Source of the DNA: a virus | Direction: 5' to 3' (one strand) | DNA: 39,197 nt | IMG/VR virus record: IMGVR_UViG_3300031578_000142 | Part shown: positions 22,970-30,314 of the stretch, piece after piece | Layout of the letters: every line of letters begins with the position of its first letter | How positions within the stretch are numbered: the first letter of the stretch is position 1 | The notes under the pieces: model-generated | What the model was told of the DNA's origin: nothing | The model's input: only the letters and a program-made list of their open reading frames with translations | Databases searched by the model: none | Program-made: the position numbers and the translations under genes

Positions 22970-23434
22970 ATGGCGAACTTCCAGTACACCTACGCTAAGG
23001 CCAAGATGCTGTCTGGCGACATCGACATGGACGTCGATGACATCCGCATGTTCATGGTCATGAGCAACACCACATGTGATACCGAGAAGGACATGCAGAT
23101 CATATCCGACGGTGGCACTGGCTTCACCACCCTGGACGAGTGTGATGGCGTTGGCTACGCTCGTGTGCCGCTAACTGGCGAGGCAGTGGCCGCGGACGAG
23201 GCCAATGACCGTGGCGAGTTCACAGCCGATAACCTGGCTCCGGCCTGGGCAGCGCTCGCAGTGGGCACTCGCCAGAACGTAGGCATCGTCATCTACAAGC
23301 ACGTCACCAACGACACCGACAGCATCCCCATCTACTGGATAGACACCTGCACCGGCGTGGGCTTCCCCTTCGACGGCAACGGCGGCGTGGTGAACATCAC
23401 CTGGAACGCGGAGGGAATTGGTCAGATAACGTAG
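22970..23434 (+). CDS. hypothetical virion protein (154 aa)
   Basis: GGAGAG RBS and a clean ORF. No family named. Confidence 0.65.
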   Translation: MANFQYTYAKAKMLSGDIDMDVDDIRMFMVMSNTTCDTEKDMQIISDGGTGFTTLDECDGVGYARVPLTGEAVAADEANDRGEFTADNLAPAWAALAVGTRQNVGIVIYKHVTNDTDSIPIYWIDTCTGVGFPFDGNGGVVNITWNAEGIGQIT

Positions 23435-23444
23435 GAGGCTCTGA

Positions 23445-26000
23445 GTGGCTAATCCTGCTGCTGAGGTCCGTGCTCGCGTCCTGGCGGCACACCCTGAAGC
23501 CGTCGTAGTCGAGCGCGGGCGGAACAGCCTGAAGCACCGTCTAGCCGATGCACCCAACGGTAGGCAGCGCTTTGCCCTCGATTCTGCCGTTGGGCCGTTG
23601 CATTATCAGGACGGCGAGTGGCAGGAGATAGACACCGCCTTCCTTCCCTCCGTCGCGCCCTGGAACTGGGAGATGGTCCATGCGGGCTTCCAGGTGCGGG
23701 CGCTGTCCCGCCTCGACGCTGGCCAGGTCATCGAGTACCGCAACGGCTCGGAGTGGGTGCGCTTCCAGCCGATGGCGCTGCAATACTCCAATGCCCTCGA
23801 CCAGATACAGCCCATCTCCATGCCTGCGAACTTGGATGCAGCGGTTGATGACGATACGCTGACCTGGCCGAATGGCTACGGCTCAGGTGTCTCTATATCC
23901 TGGCAGGCACAGACGGCGCGGCTGGCCAAGCGGCTCACGATTGACAATTCCGCCACCTTGCCGCCTGTGGAGCAGTTCATCCTCGACGGCGGCGAACCTG
24001 TCCTCGAGCTCAACTTCATCTTCGCCTACAGCAAGGGCGTCACGCCCTGGATCAACGGAGAGCCCTGGGACCAGAAGCAATGCGCCACCCAGGGCCTCGT
24101 GGAGTTCAGGGATGGCGACGGGAATATCCTCTGGTGGTTCAACCTGCCCCGCTCGTGGGATGCGGAAGGCAACCAGCAGCTAGGGACGTTCCGCTTCAAG
24201 CGCGTCGGTAACGCCCTCTACGTCTCACACCGCGTCCCGTTGGGCTTCGTGCAAACGGCGACCTACCCGCTCGTGGTGGATGTAGACGTAGACGAGCAGG
24301 TGGGGGCGGGCGCGGATGATGCCAACGAGCAGGACGACGATTCGGGCTTCTCTAGCACAGAACCCTACATCACAATCTCCCCATCACCCGTTCCTAGTCT
24401 AAGGAAAAATGCAGGGTTCCGATTCACTACAGTCGGCGTCCCCGCGGACGCAACGGTAGGTGTGGCGTATCTCAGTGTATGGGTTGTTTCCACCACCTTC
24501 GACGACCCCTGCGTGGACATTCTTGGCAACGACGTTGATGACGCCAACAACTTTAGTGTGGAGGCCGATGTAACGAGCCGCGCCCGCACAAGTGAAAGTG
24601 TACCCTGGATAGATACTGGTATTGGTGCTGAGTTCCAGCCTAGCCCTAGCATTGTTGATGTGGTGCAGGAGATTGTTGACCGAGATGGCTGGGCCAATAA
24701 TCAGGCAATGGTCATTTTCCTTGACCCCAGGTCATCTGGTTCTGGCAACCTTCGTTTCCGGATGTATGAAACGGCTAGTGCCAATGCCGCCAAGCTTCAC
24801 ATCGAATACACGGCGGGTGGCGCTCCTCAGACCCTCACGCCCGACCCTGTCGTAGCCGTCGCCGCTGTCCCCAGCCCCGTGCTGGGCCTAGTCTTAACTC
24901 TGGCGCTTGCTACCGCAGTAGCTACTGCCGCAGTGCCATCCCCGGCCCTATCATTGGCACTGACGCTCACGCCGACGCCAGTGGCAGCATCGGCGGCTGT
25001 ACCGTCCCCTGTCATTACCCAGGGGAATACGCTCACACCCAACCCTGTCGTCGCCCAGGCTGCCGTCCCCGGTCCTCTGTTGGGCTCGGAATATGCCCTG
25101 GCTCCCACTCCTGCGGTAGCGTCGGCTGCAGTGCCTTCGCCTGCGCTATCGCTTGTGAGGACGCTGACACCAGACCCAGTGGTTGCTACTGCCAGCGTAC
25201 CGTCGCCGGCCACATCTCTGGCCTTGACACTCACCCCCACTCCTGCGATAGCTCAAGCAGTAGTGCCTTCTCCATCTATCGGGGCAATTACCCTTGAGCC
25301 CACGTCGGTCGTCGCAATTGCCGTTGTCCCTTCTCCTGTCATTACCCAAGGGAACACCCTTACACCTACGCCCGCTGTAGCACAAGCAGCAGTGCCTTCC
25401 CCCGTTCTTGGGCTCACAAGAACACTGACACCAGATCCTGCGATAGCCATAGCCGCTGCGCCTTCGCCCGCACTCACTAGCCTTGTAGCTCTAACCCCAT
25501 CTCCTGCCACGGCGACGGCAGCGGTTCCTCAGCCCGCGCTGGCGCTTGTGAGGACACTGACTCCTGATCCCGCGGCAGCCATAGCTATCGTGCCTTCCCC
25601 GGCCATGTCCCTGATCCTGGCGCTAGTGCCTAACCCAGCGATTGCCACTGCTGCTCTGCCGTCCCCTGCCCTGTCCTTAGCCTTGGCACTTGCTCCTACT
25701 TCTGTCGTCGCTACAGCGGTGGTGCCTGAGCCAGGCATAGACATTCTCCTTCTGATTCTACAACTAACGCCTGCAATAGCTGTGGCGATAGTGCCTACAC
25801 CATTTCTCGATGTTGTTGAGATCGCTGCCCCACCCATCGGCCCTTTCACTCTGCTGCAAATTCTCAAGGAAGCCAGGCAAATGGCGGAGGAGGACAGGCG
25901 GCGTTCGCCGGTTGCCTGTCCGAAGTGTGGGGAACCTTTAGACGAGAACAAGCAAGGTACTCTCAATTGCCCTATGGGGCACTGGCAGAGTTTCCGCTAG
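23445..26000 (+). CDS. 851-aa virion-associated protein: beta-rich N-terminal region, fifteen 22-aa tandem repeats, C-terminal zinc ribbon
   Basis: AGGAGG lies 6 nt before GTG 23445. The repeat consensus is TLTP[DT]P[AV][AV]A.AAVPSP.L.L... The protein ends with CPKCGEPLDENKQGTLNCPMGHW. Confidence 0.8.
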   Translation: MANPAAEVRARVLAAHPEAVVVERGRNSLKHRLADAPNGRQRFALDSAVGPLHYQDGEWQEIDTAFLPSVAPWNWEMVHAGFQVRALSRLDAGQVIEYRNGSEWVRFQPMALQYSNALDQIQPISMPANLDAAVDDDTLTWPNGYGSGVSISWQAQTARLAKRLTIDNSATLPPVEQFILDGGEPVLELNFIFAYSKGVTPWINGEPWDQKQCATQGLVEFRDGDGNILWWFNLPRSWDAEGNQQLGTFRFKRVGNALYVSHRVPLGFVQTATYPLVVDVDVDEQVGAGADDANEQDDDSGFSSTEPYITISPSPVPSLRKNAGFRFTTVGVPADATVGVAYLSVWVVSTTFDDPCVDILGNDVDDANNFSVEADVTSRARTSESVPWIDTGIGAEFQPSPSIVDVVQEIVDRDGWANNQAMVIFLDPRSSGSGNLRFRMYETASANAAKLHIEYTAGGAPQTLTPDPVVAVAAVPSPVLGLVLTLALATAVATAAVPSPALSLALTLTPTPVAASAAVPSPVITQGNTLTPNPVVAQAAVPGPLLGSEYALAPTPAVASAAVPSPALSLVRTLTPDPVVATASVPSPATSLALTLTPTPAIAQAVVPSPSIGAITLEPTSVVAIAVVPSPVITQGNTLTPTPAVAQAAVPSPVLGLTRTLTPDPAIAIAAAPSPALTSLVALTPSPATATAAVPQPALALVRTLTPDPAAAIAIVPSPAMSLILALVPNPAIATAALPSPALSLALALAPTSVVATAVVPEPGIDILLLILQLTPAIAVAIVPTPFLDVVEIAAPPIGPFTLLQILKEARQMAEEDRRRSPVACPKCGEPLDENKQGTLNCPMGHWQSFR
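24831..25820 (+). repeat. in-frame 66-bp (22-aa) imperfect tandem repeat, about 15 units
   Basis: TLTP-type unit starts were checked at 24831, 24963 (+132) and 25161 (+330). At 25356 the register is 3 nt short because one unit has 21 aa. Confidence 0.85.
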
Positions 26001-26010
26001 GGAGGACAAA

Positions 26011-27066
26011 ATGGGACTCTGGTATTGCACTCGCGAGGCTGTCAAGGCAGCGGCTGGTCTGAACGGCTCCGATGAACACGCCTCTATCGACCGTCTCCTG
26101 GAGTCCGCTTCCCGCGAAATCGAGCGCGTCCTCAATCGCTGGTTCTACCCTCTCACGGCAATCAGGTATTATCCCTACCCAAACACCCAGTCCCCTACCA
26201 TCTACCGCTACTGGTTAGATGCTGACCTGTTGGCATCGACTTTGGTGGTCTCCGGCGGCGTCACCATCGTGGCGGCTGACTACTTCGAGGAGCCCGCCAA
26301 CTACGGACCGCCCTACAACCGCATCGAGATTGACCTCTCGGCCGCCGCCGCCTTCCGGCCCGGCGACACCTGGCAGAGAGCCATCGAGGTCACTGGTCGC
26401 TGGGGCTTCTGTGAGACCTCTGCCGCTGCCGGCGCCCTGGCCGTTGCTGATGAGTACCTTCCGGCAGCACCTAACACGACGATCGCTGTCACGGACTCAT
26501 CCCTCATAGGTGTTGGAGACCTGATCCTGATCGGCACCGAGCGCATGATTGTGACAGCGAAGGCCCTGCTGGACACCACAACCGACGTGGACATGGTGGG
26601 CGACATCACTGCTGACGAGGCAGTCGTGGCTATCACAGTTGATCTTGGCACGAAGGTCAAGGTGAACGAGGTCATCACCATTGACGCCGAGCGGATGCTG
26701 GTGGAAGGCATTGCCGGCAACATCCTGACCGTCAGGCGGGCCTACGATGGCTCTGTGCTCGCTTCCCACCTGGACAATGCATCGGTCTACGTCCCGAGAA
26801 CACTGACCGTCGAGCGTGCGGCAGTAGGTACTACAGCGGCGGAACACCTCATCGCGGCGCTCATCTCGAAGAACGTCCCGCCTGGACTTATCTCTGAGCT
26901 CGCCCTAGCCGAGACCATCTACGCGATGGCGCAGGAGAAGGGCCACATGACGCTTGCCGTGGGCCAGGGCGAGGCCGTCCGTGAGGTCAGTGGCAAGGGC
27001 ATCGCTGACGTGCGCAAGCGGGCCGAGGATGCCTACAAACGCAATCGGGCATCGAGGGCGGTTTGA
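26011..27066 (+). CDS. head-tail connector/adaptor (gp6-like N-terminus) with a large extra domain
   Basis: GGGAGG RBS. YCTREAVKAAAGLNGSDEHASIDRLLESASREIERVLNRWF matches the y.t..e.k..l.....d.d..i..li..as..ie...g..f pattern. The gene sits between the head and neck genes. Confidence 0.65.
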   Translation: MGLWYCTREAVKAAAGLNGSDEHASIDRLLESASREIERVLNRWFYPLTAIRYYPYPNTQSPTIYRYWLDADLLASTLVVSGGVTIVAADYFEEPANYGPPYNRIEIDLSAAAAFRPGDTWQRAIEVTGRWGFCETSAAAGALAVADEYLPAAPNTTIAVTDSSLIGVGDLILIGTERMIVTAKALLDTTTDVDMVGDITADEAVVAITVDLGTKVKVNEVITIDAERMLVEGIAGNILTVRRAYDGSVLASHLDNASVYVPRTLTVERAAVGTTAAEHLIAALISKNVPPGLISELALAETIYAMAQEKGHMTLAVGQGEAVREVSGKGIADVRKRAEDAYKRNRASRAV

Positions 27067-27485
27067 TGGCAGTAGCGCTTACTGTGACACTCAAGGGACC
27101 AGTCTTTGACAACGCCCCCCGCAAGGTGCAGGGGGCCGTCACAGAAATCCTGGAGGATGGGGTTGAGGCTGGTGAGAAGCATCTGGATGAGGAGATGCTG
27201 CGCAAGCGTCCGGCGGGCGTCTTCCTGGCCATTAGCACAGCAGAAGGCGGCTCGGTAGGCAACTACCGGCGCTTAGTACAGGACAAGATGGTGGGCCACC
27301 TACATGCGCTCATCACCGATGGTGGAAGCCTCTATGGGCCGTGGCTGGAGGGCGTGGGCAGCCGCAACGCCACCACACGCTTCAAGGGCTATTCCTCCTT
27401 CCGCAAGACCGGCCAGTGGTTGCAGAAGGAGATCAAGGGCATTGCCAACAAGGCCCTCAAGCGGCTGATGGGGAGGCTGAACTGA
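27066..27485 (+). CDS. head-tail joining / neck protein (HK97 gp10-like)
   Basis: ATG 27066 overlaps the upstream TGA. ...GGSLYGPWLEGVGSRNATTRFKGY together with the position supports the call. Confidence 0.55.
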   Translation: MAVALTVTLKGPVFDNAPRKVQGAVTEILEDGVEAGEKHLDEEMLRKRPAGVFLAISTAEGGSVGNYRRLVQDKMVGHLHALITDGGSLYGPWLEGVGSRNATTRFKGYSSFRKTGQWLQKEIKGIANKALKRLMGRLN

Positions 27486-27931
27486 TGGGCATCGAAGCGA
27501 CTCTGGTGCAAGTGCGCAACGTCCTGAAGAAGATGGCCATCCGTACCGTCCAGATGGTTGAGCCTAAGGCCGCGCCCGGCAGTGGGCTCACGGTCGCTGT
27601 GTACATGAACAACATCACGCCTGCAGCAGCAGCCAGCGGCCTGAACGCGGCGTCTGGGCTGTATGTCTACACCATCCGCATCTACACCAACATGCTCCAG
27701 GAGCCAGCCGAGAAGATCGACACGATCCTGGCCAACGCCATAGACAAGGTGTTTACAGCCCTGGCCGGGGATGTCGATCTAGGTTCCAACGTGAGGAACA
27801 TAGACATTTTCGGGGAACTCGGCACACCCCTAAAAGCGCAAGCAGGCTACGTCGAGGTTAACCACCTGATGTACCGCTCGGTGGACATCACATTGCCGCT
27901 GATCATCAACGACAGTTGGAGCTTTGGTTAG
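27485..27931 (+). CDS. tail completion / tail terminator-like protein
   Basis: ATG 27485 overlaps the upstream TGA. The call rests only on position just before the tail-tube genes. Confidence 0.5.
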   Translation: MGIEATLVQVRNVLKKMAIRTVQMVEPKAAPGSGLTVAVYMNNITPAAAASGLNAASGLYVYTIRIYTNMLQEPAEKIDTILANAIDKVFTALAGDVDLGSNVRNIDIFGELGTPLKAQAGYVEVNHLMYRSVDITLPLIINDSWSFG

Positions 27932-27941
27932 GAGGGCAGAC

Positions 27942-28160
27942 ATGGATAAGAGGAAGAAGTACCGCGCTCCTGCAGAGAGACGCAGCCATGAAAAGAGGTA
28001 TCGCGCTCTGGTGGACTTCTCGATCAGGGACGACAAGGGTGGCTGGCTGAACGTCAAGGCTGGTGAGGAGTTCACCCCGCCGGCCAGGATGAACGTCCGC
28101 CAGCACGTGGAACTCAGCGAGGTCGAGGAGGCGAAAAGCGAGGTGATAGACAATGGCTAA
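27942..28160 (+). CDS. small basic protein (72 aa)
   Basis: AGGAGGG lies 6 nt before ATG 27942. Confidence 0.5.
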   Translation: MDKRKKYRAPAERRSHEKRYRALVDFSIRDDKGGWLNVKAGEEFTPPARMNVRQHVELSEVEEAKSEVIDNG

Positions 28161-29343
28161 GGAAGCAGGGTTGGGTGATCGGCTCTTCATTCACACGTAC
28201 AACCTGTCAGGTGACGTGGGCTCCGTCCAGACCTTGGGTTTGAACTACGCCGAGCAGGTCGTGACGGGCATCGATAAGTCGAGCACAGAGCGTTTGCTCT
28301 TGCTGGGCGATGGTGAGATCGGCTTCAACAACTACTTTAACCCAGAGGACGGCGCGGGCGTCGAGGGGCTGCACGAGGTGCTGAACACGCTCCCAGCTAC
28401 TGACCGTATCGCGAGCTACTTCAGGGGAATCGTGCTGGGAACAATGACGGCATCTCTGGTGGGCAAGCAGGTCAACTACGGTCTGGCTAGAGGTGCAGAC
28501 GGAGCCCTAATCGGCGCCGCCATCAGCGTCAAGGCGAACGGCACCGAATTGGAATATGGCGAGGCAGGCACCCCTGGTCCCCGAACTGACGTAGCGGCGA
28601 CAGATGGCACTGGCTTCGATGGCGGACTGCGGAGGCGAGGTGCTAGTAACATCGTGTCCTCCAGCATAGCCAACCCTACTAACATCCTCACTGCGGGGCC
28701 ACATGGCTTGGCGACAGGCGATTGGGTGACCATCGCTGGGCATGTGGGGATGATTCCCGAAGTCAATGGCGACCATGAGGTCACAAGGGTAGATGACTAC
28801 AACTTCACGGTTGCTGTCAACGTCACCACAGCGGGCACAGGGGGCACGGCGCAGCCTATCGTGGCGATCGTGTCATCGAGCGTGGCTGACCCTTCGGTCA
28901 TCACGACTGAGACCGCGCATGGCTTCGTGACAGGTGACTGGGTAGTCATCGCGGGTCACGTCGGCTCCACGCCGGACATCAACAAGGCGTACATAGTTAC
29001 CTATGTCGGCCCTACCAGCTTCACTATCCCAGAGGACGTGACGGTAGGTGGCACAGGCGGAACGGTAACCCGCACCAGCACGGTGCTGGGCCTGTCAGCT
29101 TACCTGCACCTGCTCGCCTTCGCGGGCACCGACGTGACGGTGAAGCTCCAACACTCCGCTGACAACGCGGACACCGACGCCTATGTGGACATCACCGATG
29201 GGGATTTCGCAGAGGCAGCAGCCGTCACCTCAGAGCGCATTGACACGGGGCCACGTCTCATCAGGCGCTGGATACGAGTGGTAACAACGACAGTAGCTGG
29301 ATTCAACCCGGCGACCTTCGCAGTCGCAGTATGCAGGAAGTAG
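28153..29343 (+). CDS. major tail (tube) protein carrying two tandem ~67-aa inserted beta-barrel-like repeats
   Basis: The position fits. It shares VTGIDKSSTERLLLLGDGEI with the next gene. The internal repeats are PHGLATGDWVTIAGHVGMIPEVNG..FTVAVNVTTAGTGGT and AHGFVTGDWVVIAGHVGSTPDINK..FTIPEDVTVGGTGGT. Confidence 0.7.
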   Translation: MAKEAGLGDRLFIHTYNLSGDVGSVQTLGLNYAEQVVTGIDKSSTERLLLLGDGEIGFNNYFNPEDGAGVEGLHEVLNTLPATDRIASYFRGIVLGTMTASLVGKQVNYGLARGADGALIGAAISVKANGTELEYGEAGTPGPRTDVAATDGTGFDGGLRRRGASNIVSSSIANPTNILTAGPHGLATGDWVTIAGHVGMIPEVNGDHEVTRVDDYNFTVAVNVTTAGTGGTAQPIVAIVSSSVADPSVITTETAHGFVTGDWVVIAGHVGSTPDINKAYIVTYVGPTSFTIPEDVTVGGTGGTVTRTSTVLGLSAYLHLLAFAGTDVTVKLQHSADNADTDAYVDITDGDFAEAAAVTSERIDTGPRLIRRWIRVVTTTVAGFNPATFAVAVCRK

Positions 29344-29370
29344 CCCCAAGGAAGGAACAGGAGGTAAATC

Positions 29371-29781
29371 ATGGGTAAGGTTACAGGACTGGGGATGACC
29401 CTTAGTGTCGACGACGACGCGGGCAACCTCCAGGACATCTCCGGTGACGCCCCCAGCTTCACGGTGAACACGAGCCGTGGCGAGCAGGATGTCACTGGTA
29501 TCGACAAGTCGGCGATGGAACGTCTCCTCTTGCTTGGCGACGCCGAGATCAGCATCAGCGGTGTGTTCAACGCTGCCCTATCGCACCTGGTGTTCAGGAA
29601 GATCGGGACGATCCTCGCTGGCCAGGTCGGGCGCACAGTGACGATTGCCTACCCTGACGCCGTGACTTTGTCAATGGAGATGGTGTTCTCCAGTTACAAC
29701 ATCAACAGAGGCGCAGACGGGTCACTGACCTGGACGGCCACTGGCAAGCTCGCAGACGGTACTGTCCCGACGTTCGGCTAG
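29371..29781 (+). CDS. tail tube protein paralog (136 aa)
   Basis: AGGAGG RBS. VTGIDKSAMERLLLLGDAEI matches the N-terminal core of 28153-29343. Confidence 0.65.
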   Translation: MGKVTGLGMTLSVDDDAGNLQDISGDAPSFTVNTSRGEQDVTGIDKSAMERLLLLGDAEISISGVFNAALSHLVFRKIGTILAGQVGRTVTIAYPDAVTLSMEMVFSSYNINRGADGSLTWTATGKLADGTVPTFG

Positions 29782-29824
29782 GCGTAGGATGACAAGTCCG
29801 AACAGAAAACAAAGGAGAAAGCTC

Positions 29825-30142
29825 ATGGGGTACAAGCTGGCGCCGAGAACGGCGTTGCTCGTCTTCGAGGACGAATACAAAGGGGCAGAGGTTAGGGCCA
29901 TGTTGGATCATCCCCTGGGAATGTTCATCGAGGCCCAGAAGCTCCAGGAATCGCAGGACATCGAGGGCTTGTGCCGCTTTGTGGCGGGCATCCTCGTCGA
30001 CTGGAACATCGAGGACGAGCAGGGGCCACTTCCGGCCACCTATGAGGGCATCTTGCGTGCATATCCTGCGCTCATCAATACGCTGATCACGGAATGGATG
30101 AAGGCGCAGGTGACCCCGACTGCCCCTTTACCCGAAGAATAG
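29825..30142 (+). CDS. tail assembly chaperone (gpG-like), zero-frame product
   Basis: AAGGAG lies 8 nt before ATG 29825 (alternative ATG 29789). The gene sits directly upstream of the tape measure. Confidence 0.7.
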   Translation: MGYKLAPRTALLVFEDEYKGAEVRAMLDHPLGMFIEAQKLQESQDIEGLCRFVAGILVDWNIEDEQGPLPATYEGILRAYPALINTLITEWMKAQVTPTAPLPEE

Positions 30143-30312
30143 AGCGCTGGCGGCAGTTGAATCTGCCGGGGCTTATGCCGGTTGAGGTCGTGGAGGCGCG
30201 GCTAGTGTTGGGATTGTGCGATAGATTTGGACAATTGCCATCGGCGGTATTGGCAGAGAGCGCTTACCTCCTGTCGCTGCTGGCAATCGAGAGGATGTCT
30301 GAGCGGGAATAG
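29825..30312 (+). CDS. tail assembly chaperone -1 frameshift fusion product (gpGT-like)
   Basis: The slippery heptamer C CCT TTA is at 30124-30130. The -1 frame continues PFTRRIERWRQLNLPG... to TAG 30310-30312, just before the tape-measure ATG. Confidence 0.6.
30124..30130 (+). promoter_or_regulatory. -1 programmed ribosomal frameshift slippery site (X XXY YYZ = C CCT TTA)
   Basis: The zero frame reads GCC CCT TTA CCC GAA GAA TAG. The -1 frame is open for 60 more codons. Confidence 0.6.
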
Positions 30313-30314
30313 CT

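Noticed and set aside
24831-25820. Regular 66-bp repeats that could be mistaken for a CRISPR or satellite array.
   Set aside because: The repeats are contiguous with no unique spacers, imperfect, in frame and inside an 851-aa ORF with a good RBS. This is a coding tandem repeat.
5062-27484. 5' extensions of several track ORFs: 5062, 5601, 7749, 8315, 13352, 13816, 14016, 14237, 16034, 16603, 16850, 16903, 21094, 27341, 27924, 29789.
   Set aside because: Internal starts sit in ATGA/GTGA overlaps with the upstream stop or directly after GGAGG-type RBS. The extensions lie inside the preceding gene in another frame.
30094-30312. 72-aa ORF called as a separate gene before the tape measure.
   Set aside because: It has no RBS. 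It overlaps the chaperone ORF in the -1 frame at a C CCT TTA slippery site, so it is better explained as the frameshift extension (gpT-like part).
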